From Escherichia coli (lineage in GTDB: Bacteria > Pseudomonadota > Gammaproteobacteria > Enterobacterales > Enterobacteriaceae), in the NCBI RefSeq assembly GCF_030013595.1, contig NZ_CP122768.1: a stretch of 64,000 nucleotides of DNA, one strand, 5' to 3'. The position numbers and the translations under genes were made by a program. Shown piece after piece: positions 60,006 to 64,000 of this stretch. Each line of letters begins with the position of its first letter. The first letter of the stretch is position 1. Under the pieces are notes generated by a model. It made no database searches and was not told where the DNA came from. It was given only the letters and a program-made list of their open reading frames with translations.

Positions 60006-61232
60006 ATGGGAATTAACGAAATCATCATGTACATCATGATGTTCTTTATGCTGATAGCTGCCGTAGACAGGATCCTGTCGCAGTTCGGCGGTTCTGCTCG
60101 TTTCCTCGGTAAGTTCGGTAAAAGTATCGAAGGATCCGGCGGGCAGTTTGAAGAAGGCTTTATGGCGATGGGCGCACTGGGCCTGGCGATGGTTGGTATG
60201 ACCGCGCTGGCACCTGTTCTGGCCCACGTACTCGGACCGGTGATTATCCCGGTTTACGAAATGCTCGGTGCAAACCCGTCAATGTTCGCCGGAACACTGC
60301 TGGCGTGCGATATGGGCGGGTTCTTCCTCGCCAAAGAGCTGGCGGGCGGCGACGTAGCAGCGTGGCTATACTCTGGGTTAATTCTCGGGTCGATGATGGG
60401 GCCAACGATTGTGTTTTCCATTCCGGTGGCGCTCGGCATTATCGAACCTTCTGACCGTCGTTATCTGGCGCTCGGCGTGCTGGCGGGCATTGTGACCATT
60501 CCGATTGGCTGTATTGCTGGTGGTCTGGTTGCTATGTACTCCGGTGTGCAGATCAACGGTCAGCCGGTGGAATTCACCTTTGCGCTGATCCTGATGAACA
60601 TGATCCCGGTACTTATCGTTGCGGTGCTGGTGGCGCTGGGGCTGAAATTCATCCCGGAAAAAATGATCAACGGCTTCCAGATCTTCGCCAAATTCCTCGT
60701 TGCATTGATCACCCTCGGTCTTGCTGCCGCGGTAGTGAAATTCCTCCTTGGCTGGGAACTGATCCCGGGCCTTGATCCTATCTTTATGGCCCCTGGCGAC
60801 AAACCCGGTGAAGTGATGCGCGCCATTGAAGTTATCGGTTCTATCTCCTGCGTTCTGTTAGGGGCGTATCCGATGGTGCTGCTGCTGACCCGCTGGTTTG
60901 AAAAACCGCTGATGAGCGTCGGTAAAGTGCTGAATATGAACAACATCGCGGCAGCCGGCATGGTGGCAACGCTTGCCAACAACATCCCGATGTTCGGCAT
61001 GATGAAGCAGATGGATACCCGCGGCAAAGTCATCAACTGCGCCTTCGCCGTTTCCGCTGCTTTCGCCCTGGGCGACCACTTAGGCTTCGCCGCTGCCAAC
61101 ATGAACGCCATGATTTTCCCGATGATTGTCGGCAAATTGATCGGCGGCGTAACGGCGATTGGCGTGGCGATGATGCTGGTGCCAAAAGAAGACGCGACCG
61201 CGGCTAAAACCGAAGCGGAGGCACAATCGTGA
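60006..61232 (+). CDS. eutH: EutH ethanolamine permease
   Basis: ORF track 408 aa; polytopic membrane protein. Confidence 0.92.
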   Translation: MGINEIIMYIMMFFMLIAAVDRILSQFGGSARFLGKFGKSIEGSGGQFEEGFMAMGALGLAMVGMTALAPVLAHVLGPVIIPVYEMLGANPSMFAGTLLACDMGGFFLAKELAGGDVAAWLYSGLILGSMMGPTIVFSIPVALGIIEPSDRRYLALGVLAGIVTIPIGCIAGGLVAMYSGVQINGQPVEFTFALILMNMIPVLIVAVLVALGLKFIPEKMINGFQIFAKFLVALITLGLAAAVVKFLLGWELIPGLDPIFMAPGDKPGEVMRAIEVIGSISCVLLGAYPMVLLLTRWFEKPLMSVGKVLNMNNIAAAGMVATLANNIPMFGMMKQMDTRGKVINCAFAVSAAFALGDHLGFAAANMNAMIFPMIVGKLIGGVTAIGVAMMLVPKEDATAAKTEAEAQS

Positions 61233-62632
61233 ACACTCGCCAGCTACTGAGCGTCGGTATCGATATCGGCACCACCACCACCCAGGTGATTTTCTCCCAC
61301 CTGGAGCTGGTTAACCGTGCGGCGGTGTCGCAGGTGCCGCGCTACGAATTCATCAAACGCGAAATTAGCTGGCAAAGCCCGGTGTTCTTTACCCCTGTCG
61401 ATAAACAGGGTGGTTTAAAAGAAGCGGAACTGAAAACCTTAATCCTCGAGCAATATCAGGCTGCGGGCATTGCGCCGGAAAGCGTTGATTCTGGTGCCAT
61501 CATTATCACCGGTGAAAGCGCAAAAACCCGCAACGCTCGCCCGGCGGTGATGGCGCTCTCCCGGTCGCTGGGCGATTTTGTCGTCGCCAGCGCCGGGCCG
61601 CATCTTGAATCCGTGATCGCCGGACACGGTGCCGGGGCGCAAACCCTTTCTGAACAACGGCTGTGTCGGGTCCTGAATATCGATATCGGCGGTGGCACCG
61701 CGAACTACGCCCTGTTCGATGCCGGAAAAATCAGCGGCACTGCCTGCCTCAACGTCAGCGGTCGCCTGCTGGAAACCGACAGCCAGGGGCGCGTGGTTTA
61801 CGCTCATAAACCGGGGCAGATGATTGTGGATGAGTGCTTCGGTGCCGGTACTGACGCCCGTTCGCTGACTGGCGGGCAGCTGGTGCAGGTTACCCGCCGG
61901 ATGGCAGAGCTGATTGTCGAAGTGATTGACGGAACGCTCTCGCCGCTCGCGCAGGCATTGATGCAAACCGATTTGCTGCCCGCAGGTGTTACGCCCGAAA
62001 TCATTACGCTTTCTGGCGGGGTAGGCGAATGTTATCGCCACCAGCCCACCGACCCGTTCTGTTTTGCCGATATCGGCCCGCTTCTGGCAACGGCGCTGCA
62101 TGACCATCCGCGTCTGCGTGAGATGAACGTGCAGTTTCCGGCGCAAACCGTGCGCGCCACGGTGATTGGCGCGGGTGCTCATACCCTTTCGCTCTCTGGC
62201 AGCACAATCTGGCTGGAGGGCGTACAACTGCCGCTGCGCAATTTGCCAGTGGCGATCCCGATTGATGAAACGGATCTGGTCAGTGCCTGGCAACAGGCGC
62301 TGATTCAACTGGATCTTTGCCCCAAAACTGACGCGTACGTGCTGGCGCTTCCCGCCTCGCTGCCTGTGCGTTACGCCGCGGTACTGACGGTCATCAACGC
62401 GCTGGTCGATTTCGTCGCGCGTTTTCCGAATCCGCATCCCCTGCTGGTGGTGGCCGGGCAGGACTTTGGTAAAGCTCTGGGCATGTTGTTGCGCCCACAG
62501 CTACAACAACTCCCGTTGGCAGTCATTGACGAAGTGATTGTCCGCGCGGGGGACTATATCGACATTGGTACGCCTCTTTTTGGCGGATCGGTTGTGCCGG
62601 TGACGGTGAAATCACTCGCATTTCCTTCCTGA
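61229..62632 (+). CDS. eutA: EutA ethanolamine ammonia-lyase reactivase
   Basis: ORF track 467 aa MNTRQLLSVGIDIGTTTTQV... Confidence 0.92.
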   Translation: MNTRQLLSVGIDIGTTTTQVIFSHLELVNRAAVSQVPRYEFIKREISWQSPVFFTPVDKQGGLKEAELKTLILEQYQAAGIAPESVDSGAIIITGESAKTRNARPAVMALSRSLGDFVVASAGPHLESVIAGHGAGAQTLSEQRLCRVLNIDIGGGTANYALFDAGKISGTACLNVSGRLLETDSQGRVVYAHKPGQMIVDECFGAGTDARSLTGGQLVQVTRRMAELIVEVIDGTLSPLAQALMQTDLLPAGVTPEIITLSGGVGECYRHQPTDPFCFADIGPLLATALHDHPRLREMNVQFPAQTVRATVIGAGAHTLSLSGSTIWLEGVQLPLRNLPVAIPIDETDLVSAWQQALIQLDLCPKTDAYVLALPASLPVRYAAVLTVINALVDFVARFPNPHPLLVVAGQDFGKALGMLLRPQLQQLPLAVIDEVIVRAGDYIDIGTPLFGGSVVPVTVKSLAFPS

Positions 62633-62643
62633 GGGAACGACTT

Positions 62644-63456
62644 ATGAAACTAAAGACCACATTGTTCGGCAATGTATATCAGTTTAAGGATGTAAAAGAG
62701 GTGCTGGCTAAAGCCAACGAACTGCGTTCGGGGGATGTGCTGGCGGGCGTTGCTGCGGCAAGTTCACAGGAGCGCGTGGCGGCAAAGCAGGTGTTGTCGG
62801 AAATGACCGTAGCGGACATCCGCAATAATCCGGTGATTGCCTATGAAGATGACTGCGTGACGCGGCTGATTCAGGACGACGTTAACGAAACGGCCTATAA
62901 CCAGATTAAAAACTGGAGCATCAGCGAACTGCGTGAGTATGTGCTGAGCGATGAAATCAGCGTGGACGACATTGCCTTTACCCGCAAAGGGCTGACCTCG
63001 GAAGTGGTGGCGGCGGTAGCGAAGATTTGCTCCAACGCGGACCTGATCTACAGCGCGAAGAAAATGCCGGTGATCAAAAAGGCCAATACCACCATCGGTA
63101 TTCCGGGCACCTTTAGCGCCCGTTTGCAGCCGAACGATACCCGTGACGACGTGCAAAGTATCGCCGCGCAAATCTACGAAGGGCTTTCCTTCGGGGTGGG
63201 CGATGCGGTGATTGGCGTTAACCCGGTGACTGACGACGTGGAAAACTTAAGCCGCGTGTTGGATACCATTTATGGCGTGATCGACAAATTCAACATCCCA
63301 ACTCAGGGCTGCGTACTGGCGCACGTCACCACCCAGATCGAAGCGATCCGTCGTGGCGCACCAGGCGGGCTGATTTTCCAGAGTATCTGTGGCAGCGAAA
63401 AAGGGCTGAAAGAGTTTGGCGTAGAGCTGGCGATGCTCGATGAAGCACGCGCAGTG
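62644..63456 (+). pseudogene. eutB: eutB 5' portion (271 codons of ~453) truncated by second IS10
   Basis: MKLKTTLFGNVYQFKDVKEVLAKANELRSGD... reads into IS10 inside end at 63457 (the ORF-track tail RDPLIISPKRNHV is IS10-encoded). Confidence 0.9.
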
Positions 63457-64000
63457 CTGAGAGATCCCCTCATAATTTCCCCAAAGCGTAACCATGTGTG
63501 AATAAATTTTGAGCTAGTAGGGTTGCAGCCACGAGTAAGTCTTCCCTTGTTATTGTGTAGCCAGAATGCCGCAAAACTTCCATGCCTAAGCGAACTGTTG
63601 AGAGTACGTTTCGATTTCTGACTGTGTTAGCCTGGAAGTGCTTGTCCCAACCTTGTTTCTGAGCATGAACGCCCGCAAGCCAACATGTTAGTTGAAGCAT
63701 CAGGGCGATTAGCAGCATGATATCAAAACGCTCTGAGCTGCTCGTTCGGCTATGGCGTAGGCCTAGTCCGTAGGCAGGACTTTTCAAGTCTCGGAAGGTT
63801 TCTTCAATCTGCATTCGCTTCGAATAGATATTAACAAGTTGTTTGGGTGTTCGAATTTCAACAGGTAAGTTAGTTGCTAGAACCCATGGCTCCTTTGCCG
63901 ACGCTGAGTAGATTTTAGGTGACGGGTGGTGACAATGAGTCCGTGTCGAGCGCTGATTTTTTCGGCCTTTAGAGCGAGATTTATACAATAGAATTTGGCA
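63457..64000 (-). mobile_element. second IS10 copy, inverted relative to the first, partial (runs off window end)
   Basis: Inside end CTGAGAGATCCCCTCATAATTTCCCCAAAGCGTAACCATGTGTGAATAAATTTTGAGC at 63457; same sequence as reverse complement of 58180-58239. Confidence 0.93.
63470..64000 (-). CDS. IS10 transposase, C-terminal part (truncated by window end)
   Basis: ORF track 63470..63988 translation identical to the C-terminal 172 aa of the transposase at 57018-58226. Confidence 0.93.
   Translation of the reverse strand, partial: CQILLYKSRSKGRKNQRSTRTHCHHPSPKIYSASAKEPWVLATNLPVEIRTPKQLVNIYSKRMQIEETFRDLKSPAYGLGLRHSRTSSSERFDIMLLIALMLQLTCWLAGVHAQKQGWDKHFQANTVRNRNVLSTVRLGMEVLRHSGYTITREDLLVAATLLAQNLFTHGYALGKL

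Noticed and set aside
56911-64000. Complete Tn10 with tetracycline-resistance cargo
   Set aside because: The DNA between the two IS10 copies is native eut operon sequence in original orientation (eutJ reading frame continues across the first IS10); no tetR/tetA present.

Overview
This window is Escherichia coli-type core chromosome on both sides of a rearrangement junction. Region 1-32396 is collinear with the K-12 block ispG-rodZ-rlmN-ndk-pbpC-yfhM-sseA-(ryfA)-sseB-pepB-iscX-fdx-hscBA-iscAUSR-trmJ-suhB-yfhR-csiE-hcaTR-hcaEFCBD-yphA. At 32397-33827 an IS3-family element (IS1397-like) sits exactly in the centre of a REP palindrome. Beyond it (33828-64000) the sequence continues with ypfN-dapE-yffB-ypfM-acrD-narQ-aegA-nudK-ypfG-tktB-talA-maeB and the eut operon (eutSPQTDMNEJGHAB), which in K-12 lies about 80 kb away and in the opposite relative orientation, so the IS marks an inversion-type synteny break. 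The eut operon carries two IS10 copies in inverted orientation: one inside eutJ (complete, with a 9-bp target duplication) and one inside eutB (partial at the window end). Together they bracket eutJ'-eutG-eutH-eutA-'eutB in a Tn10-like composite arrangement. The sseA-sseB intergenic region holds a tandem duplication of the ryfA locus, each copy encoding a small hydrophobic TimP-like ORF. I found no foreign cargo genes, CRISPR array, prophage or defence island; the unusual content is structural (IS elements, rearrangement, small-ORF duplication) rather than a new multi-gene system. Gene names and the K-12 comparison come from recall of protein sequences and the K-12 map, not from a database search. 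CDS coordinates follow the ORF track with starts trimmed where the known protein start is an internal Met; other coordinates were counted by hand and may be off by 1-2 bp.
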